Shown: positions 9,292 to 20,297, counted from the stretch's first letter. The stretch is DNA of 39,837 nucleotides from Parcubacteria bacterium C7867-002 (GCA_001189105.1 LFCL01000023.1:5562-45398); one strand, 5' to 3'. Notes: generated by a model not told the origin, from the letters alone. Made by a program: numbers and translations.

Positions 9292-9364
9292 AGCCGATGT
9301 CCGGGATTGAACCGGAGACCTCGCCATTACCAATGGCGTGCTCTACCAACTGAGCTACATCGGC
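9292..9364 (-). tRNA. tRNA-Thr(GGT)
   Basis: Acceptor GCCGATG/CATCGGC; anticodon arm CGCCA-TTGGTAA-TGGCG; T-loop TTCAAT; no encoded CCA. Confidence 0.97.
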
Positions 9365-9489
9365 TTGTTTACGTTGCGCCATATCTACCAAGACAGCTGC
9401 ATCGGCTTATAAACTTGCGTGATACCTACCAAGACAGCCACATCAGCTTGTTTATGTTGCGTCATATCTACCAAGAGAGCTACATCGGC
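9342..9489. repeat. Degenerate ~42-bp tandem repeat containing the tRNA-Thr 5' end
   Basis: Units (t/c)ctaccaa...agc..catc.gc begin at 9342 (the tRNA itself), 9384, 9425 and 9467. Confidence 0.9.
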
Positions 9490-9547
9490 ACTCTCTCTTT
9501 CAAAACAAGCCAACGAATAGTAATACATTTAATGAAGTTTTTCAATG

Positions 9548-9580
9548 AAAAAATCCGACCTTGAGCATCTCAAGGCCGGA
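9548..9580 (-). terminator. Intrinsic terminator of the lipoprotein gene
   Basis: TCCGGCCTTGAG-atg-CTCAAGGTCGGA-TTTTTT. Confidence 0.8.
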
Positions 9581-9585
9581 CATGA

Positions 9586-10008
9586 TTAGGGACGAGTGAG
9601 TCGTTGGACACGGAGACGTTCGGCAAATCGGTAAATATCGATCCACGTTGAGTCGGGAGAAAGTTGGAAGGTGTGGATGATTTTATGCCGTCGTTCTTCG
9701 GTCAGAATTTCTTGTACTTTATGATGAGACAGTATTCCGGGGATGGATACAATATCTGGCAAACCGAGCATGGTTGCAATGTGAGGACGGAAATCTTCGA
9801 GCGTCGCATCCGCAGGAAGACCAAATTTTTCCAATCCTTTTGACCGGTAGCTGTCATATTTCCAGAGATAGAACCATTGCACAACGTTCAATGAATCGGG
9901 AACGTGTGGATTCTTTTCAATGGACGTGTGCGGGACTACTGAATGAGGAACGGACTGACATCCGCTCATACATACCACGAAAATGACTGCGTATATGAAC
10001 TTATGCAC
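9586..10008 (-). CDS. Putative lipoprotein, orphan
   Basis: GAAAGGAGG site followed by GTG at 10008; MHKFIYAVIFVVCMSG-C is lipobox-like; internal (F/L)(G/Q)L.P.D motif recurs three times. Confidence 0.6.
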   Translation of the reverse strand: MHKFIYAVIFVVCMSGCQSVPHSVVPHTSIEKNPHVPDSLNVVQWFYLWKYDSYRSKGLEKFGLPADATLEDFRPHIATMLGLPDIVSIPGILSHHKVQEILTEERRHKIIHTFQLSPDSTWIDIYRFAERLRVQRLTRP

Positions 10009-10074
10009 AGACACCTCCTTTCCAGACCAAAAATAGCAAACAAACCTCTCGCATACAAGTCGACACGAGAGAGA

Positions 10075-10617
10075 TTATTGAGTCATAATGTTCGCTTCCC
10101 ACGCCAAGATTTTCTTCTTTTTCTCTATACCCCATCGATATCCTCCTTGTTTACCTTGAGAAGTAACAATACGGTGACATGGAATAAGGAAAGCAACGTG
10201 ATTTGATCCGCATGCAGTACCTACCGCACGAACCGCTTTAGGAGATTTAATGATACGTGCGATGTCCGCATAGCTCACCGTCTTCCCCAAAGGAACAGCA
10301 AGAAGCGCTTCCCACACTTTAAGCTGAAAATCAGTACCCTCCATAATAATATCAACCGACTTTTTTGACGGAGTATTACCAAAAATATCCTTAACAAGAG
10401 AAGTTATTTTTACATCATCACGTTTCAAAATCATCAATGGCCATCGGGTGTGCAAATCATCCACCGAAGCTCTGAGCTCTTTCTTTTCAATGAAAGAAAG
10501 AGTGCACACTCCCTGCTCTATGAGACCAACAAAACACACACCAAATGGAGATTCAGCTACCCCGTACGTAAGGATGGGTGCACCATCATGGTGTGGTGTA
10601 GTAGTTTTTTTATTCAT
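10075..10617 (-). CDS. ogt: Methylated-DNA--protein-cysteine methyltransferase
   Basis: GTDFQLKVW, AVRAVGTACGSN, IPCHRIV, GGYRWG. Start moved to ATG 10617 because the track's extension lies in tRNA-Asp. Confidence 0.95.
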   Translation of the reverse strand: MNKKTTTPHHDGAPILTYGVAESPFGVCFVGLIEQGVCTLSFIEKKELRASVDDLHTRWPLMILKRDDVKITSLVKDIFGNTPSKKSVDIIMEGTDFQLKVWEALLAVPLGKTVSYADIARIIKSPKAVRAVGTACGSNHVAFLIPCHRIVTSQGKQGGYRWGIEKKKKILAWEANIMTQ

Positions 10618-10626
10618 TCCCTTCTG

Positions 10627-10700
10627 CGCGGCCAAGCGGGCTCGAACCGCCAACCTCTCGCGTGACAGGCGAGTGCTCTAACCAGTTGAGCTATGGCCGC
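10627..10700 (-). tRNA. tRNA-Asp(GTC)
   Basis: Acceptor GCGGCCA/TGGCCGC, G73; anticodon arm CTCGC-CTGTCAC-GCGAG. Confidence 0.97.
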
Positions 10701-10710
10701 AAGTGAGGAT

Positions 10711-10774
10711 CCAAAGCAAAAAATTCTTTTTTGCTTTTGGTCCGAACGCAGCGTCCCGATGGACATCGGGACGC
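10711..10774. repeat. Two adjacent hairpins in the tRNA-Asp leader
   Basis: CCAAAGCAAAAAA/TTTTTTGCTTTTGG (10711-10740) and GCGTCCCGAT-ggac-ATCGGGACGC (10751-10774). Confidence 0.7.
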
Positions 10775-10842
10775 AAATGTCACAATTCCTTAACAATGTC
10801 CTACATGCATCAATCTACCAGAAATCAAGAAAAAAACAAAGG

Positions 10843-11071
10843 GTGTCGGCGGGAGGAATCTTTCCCTACGGGAACGGTAGAGGCTTCACGTGGTACTCAT
10901 CCTCGTAAACTCGGACTCCGTTCCACATGCTCAGCCCTAAAGGATTGCGTTTTGTATCCAATCGCTTCGCTCTTGGACAAAACGGGAACCTTTTCGATTC
11001 CTCCCCGCACAGCATTAAAATGCCGTGCTCGCTTTGGTGATAACCTAAATACTGTGTCGGCGGGAGGAATC
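10843..11071. mobile_element. Miniature non-coding element bounded by copies of the tRNA-Met 3' end
   Basis: 18-bp direct repeat gtgtcggcgggaggaatc at 10843-10860 and 11054-11071; inverted partial copy gattcctccccgc near 10996-11008; nested hairpins between. Confidence 0.55.
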
Positions 11072-11128
11072 GAACCTCCGACCTTGGGCTTATGAGTCCC
11101 ACGCTCTAACCGACTGAGCTACGCCGAC
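11055..11128 (-). tRNA. tRNA-Met(CAT), probably elongator
   Basis: Acceptor GTCGGCG/CGCCGAC with paired 1:72; CTCATAA loop; G4/G5 rather than the C4/C5 typical of tRNA-Ile2. Confidence 0.88.
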
Positions 11129-11226
11129 ATATATCCACGACAATCCTTCGATAATAGACCAAAAAAAGCCGTTATGCAATGACATATTTGCATTACCTCG
11201 TTGTCTGTGGCACAATAGCCAGATAT

Positions 11227-11298
11227 CGCGGGGTAGAGCAACGGTAGCTCGTCAGGCTCATAACCTGAAGATTGTCGGTTCGATTCCGGCCCCCGCAA
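11227..11298 (+). tRNA. Initiator tRNA-fMet(CAT)
   Basis: CGCGGGG start, C1:A72 mismatch, anticodon arm TCAGG-CTCATAA-CCTGA. Confidence 0.96.
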
Positions 11299-11306
11299 CA
11301 AGAAGA

Positions 11307-11350
11307 TACAAATGAAAACCACCAGCTTTATCTGGTGGTTTTCATTTGTA
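11307..11350. terminator. Bidirectional terminator
   Basis: Perfect 19-bp inverted repeat tacaaatgaaaaccaccag/ctggtggttttcatttgta between convergent genes. Confidence 0.8.
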
Positions 11351-12001
11351 CTACACATAATAAAACTCCTCAAAAACCTTCTTATAGAGTTGGAATATTC
11401 GTTTGGCTTCGTGATGGTTTATTTTAAAATCGAGTCCACGGTGAGCAATATCGTTACGAGCACGATGAGCTTCCCAGGCTTCGTTGATCGTCGCAAAGTC
11501 GGCAGGTTCAGCACGCTTCAACTTTTCACCGACACTCTCCCCTTTGTAGCCGAGATTCATCAAAATATCATCCAAAATAGTATCGGCATCTAGGATAGCC
11601 TGTTTCCAGTCATTCGGGTTATCAGAATTGATATGTTGCCCAATCACACTCCAGCGTTGTGCCAAAGCCGGATCTTTTTTTACCGGAACATCTTCCGTTG
11701 GTTGCCCCGTAATCCCCTCAATGATTCCGTATGCAGGTTCAACCTTGAGGTCATATATCTCTTCCTCTTTCTTACGTAACTGTTTGAGACGTTCGACGCA
11801 GTATACGATACCAATAATCAACAACACTGAGATGGGAATTGAAATACCTATAAGGTACCCGATAAAAATCTTGAGTGCATTGAAAAAAGAAGGAAATGAA
11901 TCTGCGAGCCACTGAAAACCTTTTTCACCGAAAGAAAGAAAATCAATAGTCGGAGGACTTACCAGAGGAGGATTATTTGTAGTGATTTCAAGAGGAGGCA
12001 T
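11351..12001 (-). CDS. Membrane-anchored protein with a HEPN-like C-terminal helical domain
   Basis: One TM helix; DWKQAILDADTILDDIL...GEKLK...AWEAHRARNDIAH (Rx4H). Start placed at ATG 12001, downstream of TGCTATAAT. Confidence 0.7.
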   Translation of the reverse strand: MPPLEITTNNPPLVSPPTIDFLSFGEKGFQWLADSFPSFFNALKIFIGYLIGISIPISVLLIIGIVYCVERLKQLRKKEEEIYDLKVEPAYGIIEGITGQPTEDVPVKKDPALAQRWSVIGQHINSDNPNDWKQAILDADTILDDILMNLGYKGESVGEKLKRAEPADFATINEAWEAHRARNDIAHRGLDFKINHHEAKRIFQLYKKVFEEFYYV

Positions 12002-12105
12002 AGAAATATTTTTTCCATTATAGCATTTTAGACTCCGACAATGTACCAATTCTGGCCTGCGGAACTCGCTTCGCCAATTGCAAGGATTTGTCTCCGTCTA
12101 TACGC

Positions 12106-13536
12106 TTACTTCTGCTCAAAATCCTTCCCTACTTCAAACAACGTCTGCTCATCACCATGGCGTCCTGAAAGTTGCAGACCGAGAGGTAATTCTTTTCCAT
12201 CTATAGTCGTCTTACCACACGGAATAGACAGCGCTGGCATGCCAGTAAGGTTTGCAGTTACCGTAAAAATATCTTCGAGATACATGGCAACAGGATCTGC
12301 AGTCTTTTCACCAATTTTAAATGCTGCAGATGGAGTGGTTGGGGTAGCAATAATATCTACAGATTTGAAAGCTTTATTAAAATCTTCAGTGATCATAGCG
12401 CGCACAGCATTGGCACGGTTGTAATATGCATCGTAGTAGCCAGAAGAAAGAACGTATGTTCCCAGAAGCACGCGACGGATCACTTCGCGACCAAAGCCAG
12501 CGCCACGTGTTTCGAAATAATCAGCAATACCATCGGCACCATCAACGTGAAGCCCATACTTTACTCCATCAAAGCGAGCCAAGTTCGAAGAAACTTCTGC
12601 CGGCATCAAGATGTAATACACCATCAATGAATACGAAATGTTCGGCAAGGAAACATCTTTTATTTCGTAGCCTTTTTCTTTCAAGGCCGCTAAACTTTTT
12701 TCAAAGGCAGCCAGCATTGCTGAATCGATACCGTCACCTTTCAAGAAATCTCGAGGTACACCGATAACCGGTTTCTTGGTGCCAATTCGTACTGGTGAAT
12801 ATGTACGGTCGGTAATCGTAGTACTGTCATACACATCCACCCCCTTCATTGCATTAAACAGGATCTCGCAATCTTCAACTGTTTTAGTAAATGGACCAAT
12901 CTGATCCAACGAAGATCCCATCGCCATCACTCCATATCGAGAGACGGCACCATATGTCGGCTTGAGACCAACCACTCCACAAAAACTGGCGGGCTGGCGG
13001 ATAGAACCTCCAGTATCAGAACCGAGCGCACACAATGCACCATCCATAGCCACCGCTGCAGCAGAACCGCCCGAAGAACCACCAGCCACACGAGATGTAT
13101 CATGAGGATTTTTGGTCACACCAAAGGCAGAGTTTTCCGTGGAACCTCCCATGGCAAATTCATCCATATTTGTTCTCCCGAGAAACACCATACCTTCACG
13201 ACCTAGTTTTGAAATCACGGTCGCATTATAGGTTGCATGATAGTTCTCCAGAATTTTCGATGAAGCACTTGCTGTTTTTCCTTTAACGAGAATATTGTCT
13301 TTTATTGCCAAAGGAATTCCTGTAAGCGGCCCAGCTTTGCCCGCTTTAATTAATTCATCAGCATGTGCTGCAGCCTTCAACGCATCATCATAGACTTCCA
13401 GGTAGGCATTGATGTCTTTATTTTTGAGTACAATCTGATCGAGATATGCTTGAGTTAGTTGTACAGACGTAAACTCACCCTTTTTCAGAGCGTCTTGAGC
13501 CTTGGTGATTGTCAGATTTTTTAAATCAATATTCAT
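12106..13536 (-). CDS. gatA: Asp/Glu-tRNA amidotransferase subunit A
   Basis: IKDN, TNMDEFAMGGSTENS, GGSSGGSAA, GSDTGGSIRQPA, SSNLARFDG. Confidence 0.98.
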   Translation of the reverse strand: MNIDLKNLTITKAQDALKKGEFTSVQLTQAYLDQIVLKNKDINAYLEVYDDALKAAAHADELIKAGKAGPLTGIPLAIKDNILVKGKTASASSKILENYHATYNATVISKLGREGMVFLGRTNMDEFAMGGSTENSAFGVTKNPHDTSRVAGGSSGGSAAAVAMDGALCALGSDTGGSIRQPASFCGVVGLKPTYGAVSRYGVMAMGSSLDQIGPFTKTVEDCEILFNAMKGVDVYDSTTITDRTYSPVRIGTKKPVIGVPRDFLKGDGIDSAMLAAFEKSLAALKEKGYEIKDVSLPNISYSLMVYYILMPAEVSSNLARFDGVKYGLHVDGADGIADYFETRGAGFGREVIRRVLLGTYVLSSGYYDAYYNRANAVRAMITEDFNKAFKSVDIIATPTTPSAAFKIGEKTADPVAMYLEDIFTVTANLTGMPALSIPCGKTTIDGKELPLGLQLSGRHGDEQTLFEVGKDFEQK

Positions 13537-13550
13537 GGATGTATTACAGG

Positions 13551-13844
13551 CTAATCCTGTGCGATTATCTTTTTAACCGCCACAAAATCACCTTCTCTGC
13601 GCGGTGCTTCAGCAAGCAGACGTTCACGATCAGCAAGAGAAGTATCTTCTACAACATCTGACCGCATTATATTTTTGACTGCACCGACACGTCCTTCGGC
13701 ATCAAGGGAAACCTCAACTTTTTTGAGCTGATCAATGTATCCAAGAATAGAATCGAACTCTTTGACCAATGACTGCGTATCCGCATCCGTGAGTTTGATA
13801 CGTGATAACTGGGCCAATTTAGTGATTTCCGCAGGAGTAATCAT
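13551..13844 (-). CDS. gatC: Asp/Glu-tRNA amidotransferase subunit C
   Basis: KLAQLSRIKL...ILGYIDQL...MRSD...AP; directly upstream of gatA. Confidence 0.93.
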   Translation of the reverse strand: MITPAEITKLAQLSRIKLTDADTQSLVKEFDSILGYIDQLKKVEVSLDAEGRVGAVKNIMRSDVVEDTSLADRERLLAEAPRREGDFVAVKKIIAQD

Positions 13845-13883
13845 AGATGTGAGTGTAGCAACTTTTGGTGTCCTCGGGTAGGC

Positions 13884-15995
<2,112 letters not shown>

Positions 15996-16505
15996 TTATC
16001 GATACGTCACGCGGAGCGCACGTTCTACGGTTCGCGGACTGATTTTTGGGCATTGACCAGCGGTACCATTTCCCAAATTGTACCCCAAAGCCTCAACTAC
16101 ACTAATAGGTTCACCTCCTTTGGTACCTTGAATAAGAGTGACTTTGGCACAACCTTTTTCTTCAATACCCAAAGCAAAAGGAATAACGATATCAGCAGAA
16201 CGGGATGCTGCAGTCCACCCAACAGGAAGAGGACTAACAGGAGTTGCTATTGTGTATGAATACGACATTCCGTTACAAATAAAAGTTCCACTCGAAGGAA
16301 AACCATCTTCTAACCACCGTGGTGCAACACAATCCATAGCAGAATCGGCATTGTACACTGCAAACAGAGAATCTCGTGCAGTGGAAGATAATATGTACTG
16401 TTTGCGGCTAACTGAACTTATAAATATAGCGATGTTAAGTACTACTGCCGCTGTAAGAGTAGCAAACAAGAGTGTGTATCCGCGATGTGTTGAACTGTAT
16501 ATCAT
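15996..16505 (-). CDS. PilX/GspK-like minor pilin
   Basis: Prepilin site G|YTLLFA without Glu5; last gene of the minor-pilin run; ATG 16505 follows the upstream stop. Confidence 0.75.
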   Translation of the reverse strand: MIYSSTHRGYTLLFATLTAAVVLNIAIFISSVSRKQYILSSTARDSLFAVYNADSAMDCVAPRWLEDGFPSSGTFICNGMSYSYTIATPVSPLPVGWTAASRSADIVIPFALGIEEKGCAKVTLIQGTKGGEPISVVEALGYNLGNGTAGQCPKISPRTVERALRVTYR

Positions 16506-16506
16506 A

Positions 16507-17040
16507 TTATTTATTGGCCGAAAGAAGCTCACTCACTACCTCTAATTCATATGGGATCTTCCCTTGATTCCATCCAACAATCACATGAACTCTGTATTCA
16601 GGAATAGGACTCACTGATCTTGATACCAAATAAAAACGACGATAAAAAATTAGACCTGGCTCTGTTCCACTTGTACTGAACCCGTCGGTACCGAGACGTA
16701 AAACACATCCCGTAACAGGACATGTCTGTAATGATAACGAAGGGTCAGTAGCACTCACCTCACACGGACTTACTGCAGTACAACTGGCATATCCGCCAGG
16801 CCAATTTGCCGGATCAACATTCACCACGTTACTTCGTCGAGATTTTATAACCTCCATTGTCTCTTGTGCCAAAAAGGAACCGATCATTTGATCTCGTGAA
16901 TATAACGCTGCATTGAGGCTACGACTCGCTGCAACAAGTGGACCAGCCACGGCAATCATCAGAATAGCGATCGCCACCAAAGTCTCTACAATAGTAAAAC
17001 CACTTGAAACTCTGTTTGATTTTTGAAAAGGAGAATTCAT
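16507..17040 (-). CDS. PilV-like minor pilin
   Basis: G|FTIVETLVAIAIL, LAQETME. Confidence 0.85.
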   Translation of the reverse strand: MNSPFQKSNRVSSGFTIVETLVAIAILMIAVAGPLVAASRSLNAALYSRDQMIGSFLAQETMEVIKSRRSNVVNVDPANWPGGYASCTAVSPCEVSATDPSLSLQTCPVTGCVLRLGTDGFSTSGTEPGLIFYRRFYLVSRSVSPIPEYRVHVIVGWNQGKIPYELEVVSELLSANK

Positions 17041-17045
17041 AGTTT

Positions 17046-17660
17046 TTATGGCAACCGGGCAGATATGGCAGTCTGCACCGTAAAGTCTGTCTTTTCTCGT
17101 TCACGTTGCCCTGCAGTTCCAGAGATCTTGATGAACGCAAGTGGGTAATCCTCCGCAGTAACACTCAAAAGCACGTCGGTAATAGTTACATCTCCAAGGG
17201 AAACAAGAGGGACAAATTGATCGTCCAAGACTTCCCCACAACTCTGCTGTTCAGCTTTTTCTATTGTAGCAATTCCAGAATCTCTGTTTACAAAACGATA
17301 CGCAATAATAGGATGACACGTGGTTGCACCATATGGAAGCTCTAAGGAAGATTCAAAAGCTATTTGCTGGTTGTTTACCAAACTACAACTGTAAGGAGGG
17401 TTCCGTAATGTCGGACCGACCGGATCATTAAAATCGTAACAATCATACTTTGTTCCCACGCGCATCTCGCGGGACATTGTTTCCAATGCAAAATTCAAAT
17501 TGGTAATCGTAGCATGCAATGTCTGAGCTTTTTTGTTCGCACTGACGATTTTTATAAGCGCACCAAGAGAAACAGTAGCCACAACAGAGAAGAGAGCCAG
17601 AGAAACAATCATTTCCACGAGGGTGAATCCTTTATTCTTGTTTCTTGAGTCTTGAATCAT
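17046..17660 (-). CDS. PilW-like minor pilin
   Basis: G|FTLVEMIVS, ALETMSREMR; start at ATG 17660, 9 nt after TATAAT. Confidence 0.85.
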   Translation of the reverse strand: MIQDSRNKNKGFTLVEMIVSLALFSVVATVSLGALIKIVSANKKAQTLHATITNLNFALETMSREMRVGTKYDCYDFNDPVGPTLRNPPYSCSLVNNQQIAFESSLELPYGATTCHPIIAYRFVNRDSGIATIEKAEQQSCGEVLDDQFVPLVSLGDVTITDVLLSVTAEDYPLAFIKISGTAGQREREKTDFTVQTAISARLP

Positions 17661-17706
17661 GCTTATTACATTATACTCCACCTTTCATTCCTACCAAAAG
17701 GACAGC

Positions 17707-18294
17707 TTATTCCTCAACAGAAATCTGACCATTTTTACGAACCACCACTGCGCGAGTGCTGCCATCTAATCCTTCGATAGTAATGCGGGCGTATTCAGGT
17801 ATGGTAGCTTCACAATATATATGACATATGCGCGCATCAGGATCCGGGCGTGTATAGGTGATGCTGAGAACCGATTCACTTGAACATGAAGCACTGCTCG
17901 AACCTATGCATACATCCTTAATCTTTGCACCCCGCTTAAGAGTATAGGAATTTAATTTTGCATCCGTACCGTCATCGTATATGCCATTTTTTGTGCCATC
18001 AGTATCTGCAAAAAAAACAAATGTTGAATCACCTGCAATAAAACTAACTCCGTATGGATATTTGAAATCGCCCCCCTCCTGTCTGACCGATACTCCATAC
18101 GTCTGTGCTGTACGGATAGTCAGTGCCATATCGTAAGCCAAATTGGTCAACAAAACACTCTGATTGAAATTACCATACTTCGCCACCACCAAGGCTGTCA
18201 TCATTGCAAAAATAGAAATAGAGACAATCAATTCAACCAACGTAAAACCTCGCGAAAAGGTTCGTATATTCTTGAATCGTGAATCGTGTCTCAT
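17707..18294 (-). CDS. FimT/FimU-like minor pilin
   Basis: G|FTLVELIV, IRTAQ, C-terminal NGQI. Confidence 0.85.
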   Translation of the reverse strand: MRHDSRFKNIRTFSRGFTLVELIVSISIFAMMTALVVAKYGNFNQSVLLTNLAYDMALTIRTAQTYGVSVRQEGGDFKYPYGVSFIAGDSTFVFFADTDGTKNGIYDDGTDAKLNSYTLKRGAKIKDVCIGSSSASCSSESVLSITYTRPDPDARICHIYCEATIPEYARITIEGLDGSTRAVVVRKNGQISVEE

Positions 18295-18304
18295 GCTTCG
18301 TATA

Positions 18305-19111
18305 TTATACCCCAGAACTGAATATAAACTTCAGTGCCTCAAGGTCGATAACTTGTACCCCGAATAACAACACAATGTACATACCTAAAATCAGATACGG
18401 ACCAAACGGAATTTCAGTACGCGGCTTGAGACTTCCACGAGTCATGAGGAGCCACACCACGCTGATAGTAGCAGCGATCCAAAATGCCAATGTGACTGCA
18501 TTTATTCCCCCACCGATACCAAGAAACCAGCCAATACCAAGGGCTAACTTCGCATCACCGAGCCCCATCCATGTACCTTTCGAAACAACCCAAAGAAATG
18601 CGAACGGGAACGCCAGAATCGGTCCGGCCAACAGTGACCATATTGTCGGGATTTGAAACCAAGAAGCTCCGCTACCCATAAAGACACTGAGCAATCCGAG
18701 AAAAGAAAATGTGTAGACCAATGCATCAGGAATAATCTTGTGACGTGCATCATAGGCTGCAATAACCAACAACACACAGGCAGCAAAAAGATGGATCACC
18801 GTAGTGACTGCTGCTTGAAGTGATATAGGTGGAAATACCCATAAAATAAGGACGAAGATAATTCCTGCTGCCCCCTCAATCAAAGGATACTGCCACGAAA
18901 TACTGCTTTTACATTTTTTACAGGCACCTTTTTGAACCATGAAACTAAAGATAGGAACCAATTCTTTCCAAGTCAGTTGATTGTCGCATGACATACAAGC
19001 CGAACGGCCTCCAATCCCCTTTCCTGTGTTAAGACGCAGAGAAACCACATTCAAGAAACTACCAATGACTGCACCGAGGATGAAAGAAAGGAGGAGTGAA
19101 AAGGTAATCAT
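18305..19111 (-). CDS. pilD: Prepilin peptidase
   Basis: GSFLNVV, RSACMSC...CKKC, YPLIE, MGLGDAKL, IPFGPYL. Confidence 0.96.
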   Translation of the reverse strand: MITFSLLLSFILGAVIGSFLNVVSLRLNTGKGIGGRSACMSCDNQLTWKELVPIFSFMVQKGACKKCKSSISWQYPLIEGAAGIIFVLILWVFPPISLQAAVTTVIHLFAACVLLVIAAYDARHKIIPDALVYTFSFLGLLSVFMGSGASWFQIPTIWSLLAGPILAFPFAFLWVVSKGTWMGLGDAKLALGIGWFLGIGGGINAVTLAFWIAATISVVWLLMTRGSLKPRTEIPFGPYLILGMYIVLLFGVQVIDLEALKFIFSSGV

Positions 19112-19136
19112 GTTTAAGTACTCACAATATGTCTTC

Positions 19137-19637
19137 TTACTGAGGCTTTACGCAATAGTTATAGGTAGGGGCAGTATCTGCACATGCAACAGTATATACA
19201 GTTCCATCAACATCATCAGTTAATACTTCGCTTGGATTTTCAAGACGTACAGCAAGGACGTAGTCAGTACCACCTGCAGCATACGGAGAATTTGTACCGT
19301 ACCTATAATAGGTTTCTGATGTACCAGCCGATGGAGGAACAGGAATTGTAGAAATAAAGGTATTAATATTTATTGCAGTGCCATTTTTAGTACACACATC
19401 TGCCGTGCTAATTGTCGCTACTCCTGCAGCAACTTGTGGATATTGGTTACATCGATCAAACACTAGTTCCAACGCCAATTGAAGCTGACCAATATCTGAC
19501 ACGCGCTTTGCATCGCGTGCCTTACTGCGAGATTTGGTAAGATTCACAGTCACAATACCAGTGAGTAATGCAATAATCGCCACGACGACCATTAATTCAA
19601 TAAGGGTAAAGCCTTTTTTTGAAAGAGTTTTTTTCAT
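19137..19637 (-). CDS. Type IV pilin (GspG-like)
   Basis: KG|FTLIELMVVVAII, KARDAKRVSD; start at ATG 19637, 7 nt after TGCTACAAT. Confidence 0.9.
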   Translation of the reverse strand: MKKTLSKKGFTLIELMVVVAIIALLTGIVTVNLTKSRSKARDAKRVSDIGQLQLALELVFDRCNQYPQVAAGVATISTADVCTKNGTAININTFISTIPVPPSAGTSETYYRYGTNSPYAAGGTDYVLAVRLENPSEVLTDDVDGTVYTVACADTAPTYNYCVKPQ

Positions 19638-19687
19638 ATAGAGAATTGTAGCATGAATATATTGCACAACGTATCCCCATACGCAAA

Positions 19688-19710
19688 CCAACCCACCGAG
19701 GGTGGGTTGG
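19688..19710 (-). terminator. Hairpin after the putative major pilin
   Basis: CCAACCCACC-ctc-GGTGGGTTGG-TTT. Confidence 0.6.
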
Positions 19711-19734
19711 AGAGATACATACTGTATAGATCTT

Positions 19735-20187
19735 TTATGAACAAGCAATGGAAGGCGTAGTTGTACTTACAGCCTGAGATGTTCGTCCTGCAGAGTCAAC
19801 ACAGAAATATGTTGTATTGTTTCCAACACTTACCAATCTACCAAATACTGCGAAGTTGTTAGGTCCAGCATCTGTAATTGCAAATATAACACTACCTTGA
19901 GCAAGCACGTCGGCTATGAGAGTTGCTGCATTTGAGCCAACAGGAGCAACTATCCCAGAACCGTTAGTTGTACCAGTTTGACTAGCAGTGAAAGTTGCGG
20001 AGTAGTTTGCTGAGTAGCCGGTTTCAGCAAGAGTCCTCATTTGTTGTACACTAGCGATAATTCTCGCATCCTTACCCTTATTACGAGCTGAGTTCAAACT
20101 CACCAACACAACTGACGAGAGAATACCGATGATGGCGATAACCACGAGCAATTCGATGAGTGTGAAACCTTGTGTATACTTTTTCAT
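19735..20187 (-). CDS. Type IV pilin, probable major pilin
   Basis: QG|FTLIELLVVIAIIGILSSVVL, FCVDS...C disulfide pair; own promoter (TGATATACT 20259-20267), AT-rich leader and downstream hairpin. Confidence 0.9.
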   Translation of the reverse strand: MKKYTQGFTLIELLVVIAIIGILSSVVLVSLNSARNKGKDARIIASVQQMRTLAETGYSANYSATFTASQTGTTNGSGIVAPVGSNAATLIADVLAQGSVIFAITDAGPNNFAVFGRLVSVGNNTTYFCVDSAGRTSQAVSTTTPSIACS

Positions 20188-20297
20188 ATTTAAAATTACG
20201 ATAACCTAATAATTTAATTAATAACTAACCTTTGTCTGTATATAAGGTTGTTGGAAGTAGTATATCATTCCGCGCCATGTGGCACCTTATACATATC

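Noticed and set aside
9342-9489. CRISPR array (23-bp repeats with 18-19-bp spacers)
   Set aside because: The spacers resemble each other, the repeats are degenerate and tRNA-derived, and no cas genes are present
11055-11128. tRNA-Ile2(CAT)
   Set aside because: The acceptor stem has G4/G5 like elongator Met, and a separate Ile(TAT) tRNA is present
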